Assembly: GCA_030141605.1 (NCBI GenBank)
Contig: JAQGDQ010000036.1
Span: forward strand, 1-64,000
Reading direction: 5' to 3'
DNA length: 64,000 nucleotides
From: Tubiluchus corallicola
Lineage: Eukaryota > Animalia > Priapulida
Below the pieces are notes generated by a model. It saw only the letters and a program-made list of their open reading frames with translations, had not been told where the DNA came from and ran no database searches. Of the stretch, positions 51,036-64,000 are shown one piece after another; positions within the stretch are counted from its first letter, which is position 1; each line of letters starts with the position of its first letter. The position numbers and the translations under genes were made by a program.

Positions 51036-53795
51036 ATGTTTGCTGAGTTAAACAACCTTATGGGATATGGAATTTCTTCATTACCTGGTGGGCAGTTCAT
51101 CTTGATAAGTGATGATCTGGTAGACGGCAGTTTTATCATTTCACATTTTTTGTCAATGTACTTAAAGAATGGCAGCTCAGTTTATATGCTGGGCATGGCT
51201 CAGTCTTCCAATCATTATAACAGCGTGTGTTCGAAGTTTGGAATTAACTGCAACCAGCTTAAAAGCAAAGGGAACTTTATTTTCATTGAAATGCTGACAT
51301 TGTTGAAGCAGAAGTCTATAGTAGCAGCAAAATCAGAAAGTGAACGAATATTAAACCAGAAAGTGCAAAACATATTGACCGCCCGTGAAAAATCTGTGAA
51401 TGATTTGATTTTATGTTTCACTGAATATTGTGACATTATTGCCTCATGTGACAGTAACTTATTGTTTCTTATTGATGACTTGTCACTTCTTTTGGCTCTT
51501 GGTTTTACACCAGCACAAGTGGCAGATTTTATCCATTATATTATGGTCAAACTGAATATTCCTAGTCAGCAATCAGGTAACTTACTAGTGGCAATGGTCC
51601 ATTGTGATAGTGATATAGATGATAAACACGATGACTTTTTGTGGACTTACCTGATGCACAAATGTACACTTATGCTGGAGTTGCAAGGTTTAAAAACCGG
51701 TCACAGTAAAGACATTGATGGACAGGTAAACTTATCTATTTATTACAAACTTGAAAATTAAAAAAAATTAACTGAGCTTTTCTTGTCAAGCAAATGCATA
51801 ACAACTTCTAAAGTTGTACTTTAGTTTCGTTTCCTCCAAGTCGTCTTTTTATTTCTAAAGTTTATTTGAATTTTACTAAAACTAAAAGAAGAATTATACA
51901 TTCATTGAACTATTACTAGCAAAGAGTAAAGTGAAGTTCAGTAGCATTGAAAATTTATATACAAATCTTTTAGAACAACCACATGTGGATTAACTGAGTT
52001 TCAGTAAACTAAGCTGCAGTAGGAGTTCAGTGAGTAAACTAAAATAATGTGATAATGACAGTGATGGTAATAATGAAACCAAATTATTATTATTAGTAGT
52101 AGTAGTATCATTGAAATTATGGACTGCTACTTATTTCTTTTAACATTAATAAAGGTTTCTCTTTTCTTGTTTGTGTATCTTTTTGATCATTATATAAAAA
52201 TTGTTGTTACCATTATTTTAAGCCAAAATACTAACTGTTGCCGGAAACTGGGCTAGCATTTCTCTCCAGAAACCAAAACTCAAACCGCGGATTGGCATTC
52301 TGAACTATACTACGTTGTTCATTTCTGAAAATAATAATAAGTTTCGAATAAAAATTGTATAAAATGGCACTATGGCAGCATTAAACATGAAGACTTTTTA
52401 AAATTAAATGTACTGCAGAATTATGCATTACATTTAATTTCTGGCTATTCCCATCAAAAGTCAAACACAGTCAGCAACAATTTTTAGGTCATTAATGAAA
52501 ATACCGATAACTAGAAGCACACAGAGACTACAACACACTATTATTCCTGTACAAATATGTTAAAGGTATTAATGTCCCCTTCCCTGACCATAAGCTTTTG
52601 CTATTACCTGACAGGCAATTAAACACCAGAACCTATGTTTTAAAACAAATACCTACAACTAACAAATATGGTAGCAACTCAATTTCCAAATAAGCAATAT
52701 ATCTATGGAATAAACCTACTGAAAATATAAAAGAATGTGATACATTAAAGGCATTTAAAAATAAACTTAAAAATCATGTGTTAATCGGACATACTCAGCC
52801 ATCGTAGGCCACAGATAACAACTACGCTCACCCAAACACATCTTACATCTGTGTATATATTTTTTAGCTTGACTTGAAATTTTATAGGGTACGTGCATCT
52901 GCAGCACAGATATAACGTTGGTAACCAGCAGCGTGAGCATTTTCTACAAGTAGCAAAGTTGAATCGAATTTGTAACTTTCGAATTCATTCGAGTCAAACC
53001 GAGTTTCAGCATTTTCGAATTCGAGTTTAGTTTTAAACAGTGTTGTCCGATAGACTGGTTGCCGATTTTCATGAAAAATGCAGGATCAGTATCGGATCGC
53101 TGCCGGCTTCAAGGAAAATCAGTATCACTTCAGATCGGTTTTTGCTGGTTCGGTACAACACTGGTTTTAAAGAAATTAGAATAAATTTTCAAATCACTAA
53201 TAAAAAGCTGTCTTGCAAAAATAATTACTTGATTTTGTCCTGCAATGAAAACACTAATAATTTGCGTAAAATTGGTCACAGAAAGTACAGCTAAATTGTG
53301 CTGATTGCAAGCTGTTTCAAGGCTTTTCAGTGATAAGAACTTGTAATTGAAGTGGCGAATTATTCAAATTTACGATTTTAGATTCAAATCAAATTTGAAT
53401 AAATTGAACGTGCAACGCTCACCCCTAGTAAACAGTAGTCAACCTCTCTGTGTCACCCTTGACTCTATGTGCATCTCAGGAATTACAGCCCAGCTATGTC
53501 TAGACATTAAAACTACATGTAAAAATATTTTTCCTGAACTAGGAGATGCACAGAGAAAATTTGGGAAAATGACACGTAAAAATGTACGATGTGTAATGCA
53601 TGTAACATTGCAATGCTTGATTATAAATATATAGGTAGCATTATTGTATTTATCTTAAATTTACATTTCTTGTAGTTACACATACAATGGAAAGACGATG
53701 ATTATAACATCACCCGTGAAGAAAAGAGACAATATAAAGTTGAAGAAAAAACGTTGAAATTATTTGCATGTGGAATGTCAGTTGCAGTTATGTGA
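51036..53795 (+). CDS. ELP6: Elongator complex protein 6, 269 aa, 2 coding exons
   Basis: Exons 51036-51725 and 53676-53795, phase 0 GT-AG. Motifs MFAELNNL, DGSFIISHFLSMYLK, AQSSNHYNSVCSKFG, LIDDLSLLL, GLKTGHSKDIDGQL and YKVEEKTLKLFACGMSVAVM match the ELP6 family. Confidence 0.93.
52440..52790 (+). mobile_element. CR1/L2-group LINE 3' remnant in the ELP6 intron
   Basis: TNKYGSNSI..AIYLWNKPTENIKECDTLKAFKNKLK resembles the WNxLP..FKxKLK terminal motif. Confidence 0.6.
52930..53428. mobile_element. MITE rich in TTCGAAT motifs ending GCTCACCCCTAG; related copy at ~56235-56568
   Basis: Both copies share the GAATCGAAT..GACTTTCGAAT start and the GCTCACCCCTAGT end. Confidence 0.6.
53038..53163. mobile_element. 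126 bp hAT-type mini-element with 8-bp target duplication
   Basis: GTTTTAAA|CAGTGTTGT...ACAACACTG|GTTTTAAA. Confidence 0.85.
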
Positions 53796-56234
53796 TTCAC
53801 TACGAAGTCTGCATGCTATGGTGCTCTAGCCTGCCCCATTTTGTTTCATCTTACTAAAAAATTGTAGACTATTGCATGTACTCCACCGTAATTCGTCTTA
53901 CAATGCAAGTGTTTATTCAGTGGAGCTAATTATCAGTTTTTGCTTACTTGCTTCCAATTCACGCTTGTTTACGTGCTATCATTTGAGTTAATCCTATGAT
54001 TAATACCAATTATGTTTTTGGTCGAGAGCTTGACCCAAATTACTACTGTTTTGGATGTTGTTGTAGTTTTTCTTGTTGTTGGGGGATGACCATTTTAATA
54101 AAGTCACTGAAGCATTGTCAGGAAACTTTAGATGAATGTACTAGTGTGAATTCCACATTAACTGACTGATGTGGATTGAATTCATGATGTGGCACAAACA
54201 TGGTTTTCATAAAAAGCCTAAGGTTCCGCCAGTTTGCTTTGGATCATCATGAAACTGTAGGAATATCCTAGAACGAATTCCGCATGGACTGACGTAGTCG
54301 GATTTTCGGTCAGCCATTTCAATATGGCTACGAGGACACTATATTCAAGAAAAAGCCTAAGGCTTTACAATTTTGCAATGGACCATCTTGAAATTTATAA
54401 AAAAAAATGTGCTAGAGCAAATTCCGCATACACTGGTAGAGCTGGATTTTCGATTTAGATTCTTAAATTCGAGATGATACCATTGATCTCATTTCTCCTA
54501 GACGATCTTAAATCGAACTTGCTTTAATTATTTACCATTAACTTGTATATAAGATGAAATGGCATCCAATTTTCTGTATGTTATATTAAACAGAAATTTT
54601 AGTGTATTTCTTTAATAAGTAAGATTAAAACGTGGAGTATAGATGAATAAATAGTGATTTGAATACTTTCTTTTCAAAATTTTCTGATAAGGCATGACCG
54701 AGTTATGTAACCTAAGTTTTGTGTTGTGGATATTTAAATAAGTGGACAATTTATTATAATATAAATTTTACTAATTTAAATTTTTGGTTTCACTTGATGA
54801 TTAACTTTGCCAACTTAATTGACATTGTCAAGACCTTGGTAAAATCACATAGGGAATTTAATTAACAAGTCATGGGATTAAAAACATAAGCGTGTGAGGC
54901 AGGAGGTCAGTGGGAGGTCCCGTTAATTGCTAATTTACATTATATGTAAAAATACGTGTAATTGATAATACGAAACTGGCTTAATATGAAAAAATATTTT
55001 GGCCCTGTGAAAATCGTATTGAATACTGCAAGTTATGGTCACTTTCCATAGTTTGTTAACGATACCTTTCAAAGCATACAGTTTTTTGGATTGCAAAATA
55101 TATGCGAATAGCCATGCATCATTTAAAACGTCATCATTCAACATTACTTTGCATAATGATTTTTTGTAGAAGTTTAAAGATATCGTATTAAATGTGTTCT
55201 AAAATTTGCTTCAAAGAATGCAAAGGAGTATTGTTTGTTCATTTGTGAATTTTATCATTTGGTATACGGTTTAATGTTTTGATATGTCTGTTTTGAGAAT
55301 GACGTGCGGTTTGAAATGCAAAAGTAGTTCCAATCTGTAATATTATATGTGATATACTCTCTAGTTTAACCAAAGGTGAGACATATACGTGTTATAAGTT
55401 TAAATGAGTATATCTCTCTTTTTTATTGAATATTAAAATATTTTGTTATACTGTTTGTACAATACTTATACTAAGTGTGTTGTATTAAATGCGTAATTTG
55501 GCATATAGCTCATTTTACATAAATATTGTTTTTGAACTAGCGAGCTCGATCATTTTTACATGGCATTTAACGGGGTAATAATTCCCTGTTAAAGAAACCT
55601 TTTTCCGCCATTATTGCATATCGGTGCGATGTACACTTTTTTGGTGAAAATTTTGGGACAAAATTTAGGTGGGCCATATAACTGACCGAGGCCTGTAGTA
55701 TAAATATTTTGACTTTGACCCTCTTTCATATTGACTGGGGTTTCTCTTCGTACATACTCGCTTGGGATGTTCAAAAGCACTGTTTTCGACAGTGCGTTAC
55801 TCGTTTTGAGATGTTAACCATTTTAGCAAATGCCACTTTTTGCTGCAGTCTTTGCGTAGCACTGACAAAGCAAGTGCGCACATTACGAATTTTTTGCTAT
55901 TTGACATCAATTGCTGAAATTACTACAATTTTCCTTTAGCAACCAGTATTGATATAGCGATTAAAGAGGTTTTTATACTTGTTCATTATAAAGAATAATA
56001 AATAATGTAAATCATTATATTTTACATGAACTTTGTCGTCGTTCTGTTAAATGTGTAAATCTTAATTGTTTCTTGCAAGTAGGCCATGACAATTATAGGA
56101 TGAACCCCTCTCTGGACGAAATTACGATTTTTATAAGTTAAAATCCACAAATTCCATTAGAATTCTCCCTCAGCTAGTATGCAATAAAACGACGCATAGA
56201 CATGCAGTTTTCAGACGTGGTGTACGTGCTTATT

Positions 56235-56568
56235 ATGGGTGACAGTTCTCTACCAAAAAGCGAATTCGAATCGAATGGAATTTGTGACTTTCGAATGCGA
56301 TCCGAACTTCAGTATTTTTAGGCAGAATTGAGTTTGAAAGTTTTGCAAATAAGTTTTCCTGCCTCCAGTAAAAAGCGGTCTTGCAAAGATCATGCGTATT
56401 ATTCGACTTTGTTCTGCAGTGAAGCCACTAAAAGTTTTGGGCAGAAATCGCACCAATGCTGTGCTAATTGTATGGTGTTTCAAACGTTTTAATGATACGG
56501 AACTAATTTGGTTAAAAGTGCTGAATTTTTCGAATCTATAGTATTAGGTGCAAATGCTCACCCCTAGT
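56235..56568. mobile_element. Second copy of the TTCGAAT-rich MITE
   Basis: Similar ends to 52930-53428. Confidence 0.55.
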
Positions 56569-57599
56569 GCTTATCAGAACCGGTATCATTTTGTAAGAGC
56601 AAATAATGTAAATACTTTAAACAAACTTGATGGAGAGCACCGCATGAGTTTGCTTGCAAGTGGTGTTTGCAAACTGTGCACCAATCAGGACCTTGTTGTA
56701 AGCGAGCTTTGCTCAATGAAGTTATCATGGATGAATATCTTACCTTATATAATAATGACAGTAGTGGACCCTCTCTCAAATTTTTGTCGCTTCAAGAACT
56801 TTATGTAATAGGAAAAAAGATTTTTAAACTAGTCTTAGTACATGTCCAAGCCAATGCTCAGTCCAATCCAACTTTGCTTTTTGCTTGTTAGTGCTGAGAA
56901 TTTTGACTTGTTGTACGTGACTATATGGGCGTTGTGATGGTCGCAGGAAAACAATTTTGTAGTGGTACAGAGCGGTCAACGATAGTGCACATTGCTAATA
57001 AAAAGCTGAAATTGACGCGTTTCAAAGAGGGCCTCCCTGTTTTGGTGAACTTGCTTTGGTCTTGATGAACGTAATTTTGAACGCGATGGACGTAATTTTC
57101 AGCGTCCTTTCGCTAAACTGATGAACGCATTCCGATGGGCGTCCGTTCACTACTTCGATGTACTTGTTGGACGTAAGTTGAACGCCTGTTTACTAAACTA
57201 ATGCAGCAATGGGCCTTTCTCATCTTGGAGTTGGAGGTAACTTCGAATATCCATTCACTAAATTGAAGACTGTTTTGATGGACGTGATTTACTATGTGTA
57301 TTTGAAGGCGATGAATGCAATTTCCAGCGTTCATTCACAAAATAATTTAAAGTAAATTGCTGAACCTACGTAATTGTTGACGTAGTGGGTTTAATGTTTA
57401 GCGCTATGTGGATGTTAGCTTAAACGCGATGGACTCCATATCACGTTTTGACTAACGGTTTGACTACGTGCAGATCAATTTGACTAACCTTTTGCCACGT
57501 GATTTTTATTTTAACTACGTTCATTAATTAGTGAGTAGATGTCCAACTTGCGTCCATATTATTACATTCATCATGTACACTCATTTAGTATTTGCCCTT

Positions 57600-57900
57600 C
57601 GAAGGCGAGTATTACAAAAATATATTGGGTATCAGTTAGCCAGAGAAAATTTCAAATAAAGATCTGTAATATATGAAAAAAGACGAACCTTGAACAAGAA
57701 GAATAAAATGGCAACGTTTAAGATGGATTGGGCGTATGCTTAGTCTATCTAATGATAATCGATTGAATATCTGTTAAACAAGCAATAGAACCAGCCTTCC
57801 CCGAACACGAGCTGGAGGACTGGTGTTAAATATTTAGGTTTTACACAGAAAGACTTAAACACTTCAGCTCTCATCCTTAGAGATAGAAGTACTTGGTCCA
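57600..57900 (+). mobile_element. RTE-like LINE 3' fragment
   Basis: ILGIS..EKISNKDL..RLRWIGRML. DNA is similar to the reverse complement of 45830-46000 and 32290-32450. Confidence 0.7.
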
Positions 57901-59070
57901 TTTCATCAAGTAGGGAGTCCTCACACAGAAAAATGAACAGACTTGTATGCAGGACTCAATAGTCGACGCACTGATGACACGTCAAGCTACTGACGTAGCA
58001 GTGTCTAGTTTTTTCTTGCTGGATTACTGCACTGTTTTCCTGTCTTGAGGGCAGATTTCTTTTATTTTAGAATCCTGCCTACCGAATGTCTATAATACTG
58101 AGAGTGATCCTCCAGCATGTGTGACAAACAGCAAATGACAGCACGGGAATTTGGAGCTGTAATCTCAGTATTCCACAGTTGTGCAATGCAATGTGTTCAA
58201 CCTCACATTAATAGTCACTGCTTGATATTAGGTTACATGCTTAGACTGCTGAACAACTAGACCATGGTCAAGATTCTAACTGCTAGTTTCATGAAACAGC
58301 TAAGCATTGCCGTTACAGTTTAGAAAATAGTAGGTGATTTCTTTTTTACTTATTTATATATATGTTGTACATAATTATGTACTGCATCAATCAACAATAA
58401 TTATGTAATTCAGATTCTTTGTTAACATTTCTTATCAAAGGAAACATAAACAGGCTTAGCTAGATATTTATGTACTTATTGCAGCTTAAATGAATAAGCT
58501 AGCAGATTTTCTTTTTTTTCTAAATTATGGATCTCGAATATGGTAATAATAGAACGTTCATGAAAATTGAAGGAAGTTTGGCTTAAAGATGAAAATTAGA
58601 CCACAAGTAAACACATTCGTGTACTTTGTGGTGTAAAAATTTCAATGGCTTCAGCAGTTGCCCACATGGTGAAACATCTGTTGGACTGCAAGCCATTTTC
58701 CGTCATTAATTTTTAATTGCTCATCTGTGCAGGTACTGAACTACAAATGTAGCAGTTCAGTAAGTGTCACTTGGATAACACATGACTGTAATATAAAACC
58801 AAGCAGCTTCTTTTTTTCTGTGCTCTTTTATTATTTAAAAAAATAATAACTGCAAAACTAGAAGGAGTTGTGCTCTAAAATTGTGCGTGTGTTCATCACT
58901 AAAAGGAGTTAGGCTCTAAAATTGTGCATGTGTTCGTCACAGGTACTGAGGTATTTTTGTGAATTTTTTTCAAACAAATCTGAGATGGTCACCTGGGAAG
59001 TTTTTAAAAATCTAGTGAGTTGACACTGAATGACCATATGAATTCACATTGCTGTTATTTTTTTTCAGAG

Positions 59071-62000
59071 ATGGCTGTAAGAAAGCTCAGCGCTGGTAAT
59101 AAGTATTATAAATATTGTGACGTCAATTATGAACAACTCAAATCTGAGGCAAGAAAAAAGAAACTGGAATGTGAAGCTAAACTACAACATGTTGAAAAGA
59201 TTCATCAGGCACACAACTTACATAAAGAACAAGTATATTAGTCTATGCATTATACCTGACTAAATCTTTAATGAATAAGATTTTTATTGCACTACTTCAT
59301 AAAAATGAATGATTAATTTTTAACTCTTGCAAAATCTTCAGCTATATCACCAAGTGTATACTACTGCAAACTTGTAATTTTTATTTATTGTTTCTTTGCA
59401 CTGCATTCATCATTTCAGCCCGAATCTGTAACTATTTTGTCAAATTTATTTGCTGCATGGGTGTTTTGTAAAAAATATTGCCATGCTCATTCTAAACAAA
59501 TCAGTTAAATGAAAATTAATTTTACATTTTTTAAATAGGTATTATTAACAAGTCATCAATTCCACTGGAAAGAGAAGCAGACACATCTTGAGCACACAGC
59601 CATTCAGCTTCAATCTGATCTTCAGCAACAGCTTCGAGATGATATCATTATTTTAGCTCCAAATGAAAGTCAGAACTCTCCTGTTGATGTTGAAGCTGAG
59701 TTGAGTACTGCATTTGATGTGCACATAGTTCAAAATACTTGCAAACTGAGGTGAGTGGGTCTTCTGTATTTTGGTTCCAATTTTCTTTAAGGAAGAATAT
59801 TTAAGACAACAAATTATTGTGACTGTAAGCGCCTTTAATGAACATAACAACTTTTGCACCACAAACTTGCTTAAAAAATTGAATTATTGTTGCATACTTT
59901 GTCATAGGTGCTTTTATTATTGCTACTTAATGTACCTCATTGCAGCAAAAACAGCAAATATTAAATTTTGATACCATTGTTAGTAAAGCACTGCTGTCAT
60001 TATTGATATAAAAGAGAATATTTTTAATTTCATATACCGATACATTGTTAAGCAATAGAGCAAATAACAAACTGTTTTACGCAAAACAGGTCAGTATGTT
60101 CTATAGCTTTATACAGTAGGTGCCGTTTATTAAATTAATAGACTCAGTCGCTTAATTGACTCAAAAACATTTGGAACTGGCCGCTCTTATCTAAATGTGT
60201 ATAAAAACTGACGGTAGTTGCATCAAATAACTCCGCATAATTGACTCAATATTTACTTAATTTACTTCACGTACTTAAAATAACATACTTGTGTGTACCC
60301 AAAGAGCTTTTGCTGCTTTCACATGTTTGCATCAATTTTGTGCACTATAATATACGTAGAAACAGTCATGTTGAATACAGCTTTGTTTTTAGGCAGGTGC
60401 AGTACATTTATCATATGCGCTAATATGTTAGTGTAGTGGTTTTGCTTTGAATCTGTCACCCACTTATCCACTGCAATTAACCTCGCTGTTTTTGGAAGCT
60501 AAACATTTAATATATGCCCAGCAGTTTGGTTTTGAAGCTCCTGTTGCTTTTCACAAGATCATCACCAATTGCAGCTCAAGCGCTAGGTGACTAGGTGTTT
60601 TGCATATGCTGCATGAATATGTGCAGCATACAGCAACAGATTTTCAATGTAAAGTGTGAATCTTTTAGTGAAGAAATGAAGCAAATGACCTTGCATGAAC
60701 TTTTGTAATTTTTAATGATAATAATCTGCAATTTTTTTTATTAATTGACTTATATAAATTATGCTTATTAAATAATTGCATATAGCTATTTTGACATTAA
60801 TTCGTTTCTAATATTCATTTAAAGCCTTTGCAAATGATTACTAAGACGATGAGTGATGACTCAAACTTGTGTATTAGTTATATGCTAAACCTGTTGGCTA
60901 ATTGACTCAGTCGGTTAATTGGATCAAGGTACTTCCGTCCCAAAGTGAGTCTATTAGGTGGCGCTTTCTATAATATAGATATTCAAGAATTTTGTTTAGA
61001 TGTAACCCATTTGTTTTTATCTTTTTTTAAAATACTTTTTCACGTGCAGGGAAGCATTGAAAGAATGGGTAAGGGAAGTCAAGTTAGAAAATATAAGTCA
61101 AGAGCAGCTACTGTCTAGAAAAGAACTGTTGTTATTGGCTATTGGTAAGATGCATCAACTTTGGAGTGACAGCATGCTGTTACTCAATGATGAACTGAAG
61201 AATTTGAAAGAAAATATAGGTTAATTTATTTTTCTTTACATTCTTGTATCTTTTATGTACTTGCACTAATTTGTCTTTTGATTTTTTCATTTACTAAAAA
61301 TGCATACTACTGTTATTGATTCACTGATTAAGTCACATCTTCTTAAGTTTGTACAAGACTTGCAAATTATGGTTACAGTTCCTCATCCAAAATTGTAACT
61401 TACATAAAATTTGAATCACAATGTGGTTGTTGTTATAATATTTTTATTTAAATTATTATTAAGGGGAGTTAAGTTCAGTATCATAGAAATTTTGTCATAT
61501 CGTGTATTGCATGATTAGCTTTTTTTTACAAAGATGACATCAAGTAAGACAGCATGCTACTCTCGGTAATTCATTGCAAAATAAAACGAATAATGAACAT
61601 CACAACAAACTCATCCATCAAGCTTACGTATTTAACTGAGGATCTGCATGACCTTGATCTTACCTAATTTTTGTGAGCAGTGCAAATTTCTCGTCTTGTA
61701 TCATGGTAAAAAATTTTCATCTCTTGGACCCTTACGTTTTATTGAAAACATAGTGTAATGGTTGAAGCTTAAGTTATAAAATGTTATTTACTAAAAGGCA
61801 TTTCACAGTAACAGCACTATAACATTTAGTAGGTCACGGAGAGAAAGCCGTAATTGGTGGAATACCAGAAGAAGCATTTAATCTGGAATGTCCAAATGAG
61901 AACTTGAAAAAGGAAATACTGCATGAATTTATATTAACTGATGAGCAGTTTAAAGAAAAACTTGCTGCACTAAACAGCAAACATGCTGATGTTTTGAGGT

Positions 62001-62693
62001 ATGTTGACTTGTAAAGATTAATATGTAGATAAGAATTTGTTGATAAAAATCACATAATACTTGCATGTTATATAAAATGTAATTTATTGTGTGGTATTTA
62101 TCAGTAAACTTTTATCTTATCTTAATATTAATCTTAATCAGTTTGTAAGTTGATAAGATAATGGAAAAATTATGTGTACCAATTAAAATAGTTCTGCTAA
62201 TAAATTTTCCACGCCAGTTTGCATGTAATCTATTATTATTCAAACCTACAGACGGCATTCAATGAATAAGACTTCCTTGTAAACTAATCTTTTTTAGTTT
62301 ATAGCATTCTTATTTTCCATTTCTTTAGGTTTTCTTGGTTCCTAAATATATTTTTATTGCTTCTTGTGACTTGGTTAGAATTGCTGTATTACAGCTACTA
62401 ATTAGCTGGATTTTGTATCCTTTTATGATGATACAACATAATGTTTAGATATCGTGTTTCTGAACTGCGACATAATCTTGCTTCATTTCGTGTTTTATAA
62501 CAGTATTTTTATATGTTTAACCAATTTATAAAATTTGTCAAGTTTCAGTGAGAATGGAAGTTGGTGCAAAGAAGATCATGATAAATTTATGCTTGCACTT
62601 GACATATATGGATCAAAAGACATGAGCAACAAAAGGGCATACTATTTGGACATGATGAAAAGAATTTTGCCTCATAAATCCTATGTTGATCTT
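59071..62693 (+). CDS. CCDC148: Coiled-coil domain-containing protein 148-like, 5' part (continues beyond the window)
   Basis: Exons 59071-59232, 59539-59750, 61050-61219, 61833-61998 and 62549-62693, GT-AG with consistent phases. YKYCDVNYEQLK..KKK..KEQVLL..W, LECPNENLKKEILHEF and EDH..KRAYYLDMMKRILPHKS..DL resemble CCDC148 as I recall it. A probable short 5'UTR exon lies at 58733-58759. Confidence 0.85.
60114..60970 (+). mobile_element. pogo/Tigger-like non-autonomous element (uninterrupted copy) in a CCDC148 intron
   Basis: TA|CAGTAGGTGCCG start and degenerate inverted end GTGAGTCTATTAGGTGGCGCTTTCTA|TA. Homologous to the split copy at 37822-43380. Confidence 0.72.
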
Positions 62694-63559
62694 GTAAGTA
62701 CCGTTGATTTAAAAGCCTTATTTGATGATTTTACTTAGAGTCATCACTACTTCTTGTTAAAGATAATAATTAATACAGCATCTAAATTAGACCTTCTGGC
62801 AGAATGAACATGGTATACTTTTACTCACTGATGAATATCATGGGTATATGCAGTCACAAATGACATGTTACTTCCCTCAATAAGTAAATGATATTACAGT
62901 GTAAATGATGTAAATGAATTAAGCATAATACTTACCTACTTTTCAGTTAACATAAACATAAATACTTAACAGTTTACTGTGTTGCTATTTCCAGTGCGAT
63001 GTAAATAACTCAGCTCCAGTGGCATAACGGGAGGGGGCAGTCCGCCCTGCACGTCACTTTGATCAAGTTCACTGAAAAAATTGATTCTGTCAGAATGGTA
63101 GAACAAATGTGTTACAAAATTTATATAACATGCGTACTGTAGGCAACTATTGTTGTCTAATTTGCGCTTTGATAATTGTTGTAGGCCTAGTGACGTATGG
63201 TTTGTCTACCATAATTGTGCGTCTGTTTTTATAGGCATTATGGTGTTTGCGTTCATTATTTTGGAGTTCGTTTAAGCTTTCACATATGCTTTTGGATTCC
63301 AGTGTGTGATTTGCTTAACATTAATTTGTAATTGAAACATTTAAACATTGTTTGGCGTGTTTGTATATTCTAACTAACAGACGACAAAATGTGTGGCAAT
63401 ATAATATTCCACGAAAACAATGCTTGTAGCACTAACTGTTGAAAGCTTGCAGTAAAGGAAGATGATAATGACTAGTGATTTAATATTTTTGTAATATTCG
63501 CATAGTTTTTCTTTTCTTTCATATAAAAATATTTGCACAGTACCAAAACTGTGCCTTCG

Positions 63560-64000
63560 GTACTTTAAACTCCCGACTCCGACTCCGACTTTACAGTTTT
63601 AGGAGCCCCAACTCCGACACTGACTCCTGTCTTTAAATAATAGTGTGTAGTACTCTCAATTTTTAGGAGCTTTGCTGCAGTGGCATGAATCACCACCTCT
63701 TATGCTCAAGTTCTCTAAAAGATATTTGCAAAATTGAAAACACAATGTAAATATTTTTAAGAACAACAGGTACTAACAACACGCTGTAATTGCTCAGGGT
63801 AAGAACAATGAACGGACTAAGTCATAACAATCTTTAGTTTACTTTTCCTGATATAATTAACTTAACATGACCTAATATACATTAGTTTTAGGTGCAATTG
63901 TTTTCAAAGAAACTGGAGTCGGAGTTTGTCTGTTTTTACCAACTCCAACACGGACTTCTCTAACAATAAATGTACTCTTGGGTCCCGATTCCCACTCCAA
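63560..64000. mobile_element. GACTCC/GGAGTC-repeat MITE remnant
   Basis: Arrays of CCGACTCCGACTCC and the inverse GGAGTCGGAGT. Confidence 0.5.

Noticed and set aside
57060-57560. GACGT-rich segment as tRNA, ncRNA or promoter
   Set aside because: No cloverleaf or clear A/B boxes were seen. Repeated GGACGTAA motifs with an inverted end suggest a degenerate MITE, but the boundaries are not supportable.
13543-62693. Functional ciliary gene cluster (BBS4 with CCDC148)
   Set aside because: Only two genes, separated by unrelated housekeeping genes. Nothing in the sequence supports co-regulation.
59071-62693. Initial assignment as CCDC112
   Set aside because: The N-terminal Y..V.Y.QL..KK and YLDM..R.LPHKS..DL motifs fit CCDC148 better.

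Overview
This is AT-rich, intron-rich animal genomic DNA from an invertebrate; the taxon cannot be determined from the sequence. It is not prokaryotic, and most entries in the ORF track are spurious. Five protein-coding genes were reconstructed by hand from GT-AG junctions and conserved peptide motifs: FBXO30/40-like (minus), BBS4 (minus, 13 coding exons), MRPL36 (plus), ELP6 (plus) and the 5' part of CCDC148 (plus, runs off the window). Introns and intergenic DNA hold many decayed transposons: two long non-LTR retroelements, RTE-like and CR1-like tails, and pogo-, hAT-, Ginger- and P-like non-autonomous elements. The most unusual structures are: (1) a near-identical inverted duplication of at least 1.35 kb that copies the end of the FBXO30 5' exon, its donor and almost all of intron 1 to the downstream side of the gene, stopping just short of the splice acceptor; (2) a tandem triplication of the BBS4 last exon and 3'UTR; (3) concentric inverted repeats carrying THAP-like exons around a 1 kb foldback; (4) a three-level nested transposon insertion; (5) a LINE whose reverse transcriptase catalytic segment is inverted in place. 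All coordinates were read by eye and no database searches were run.
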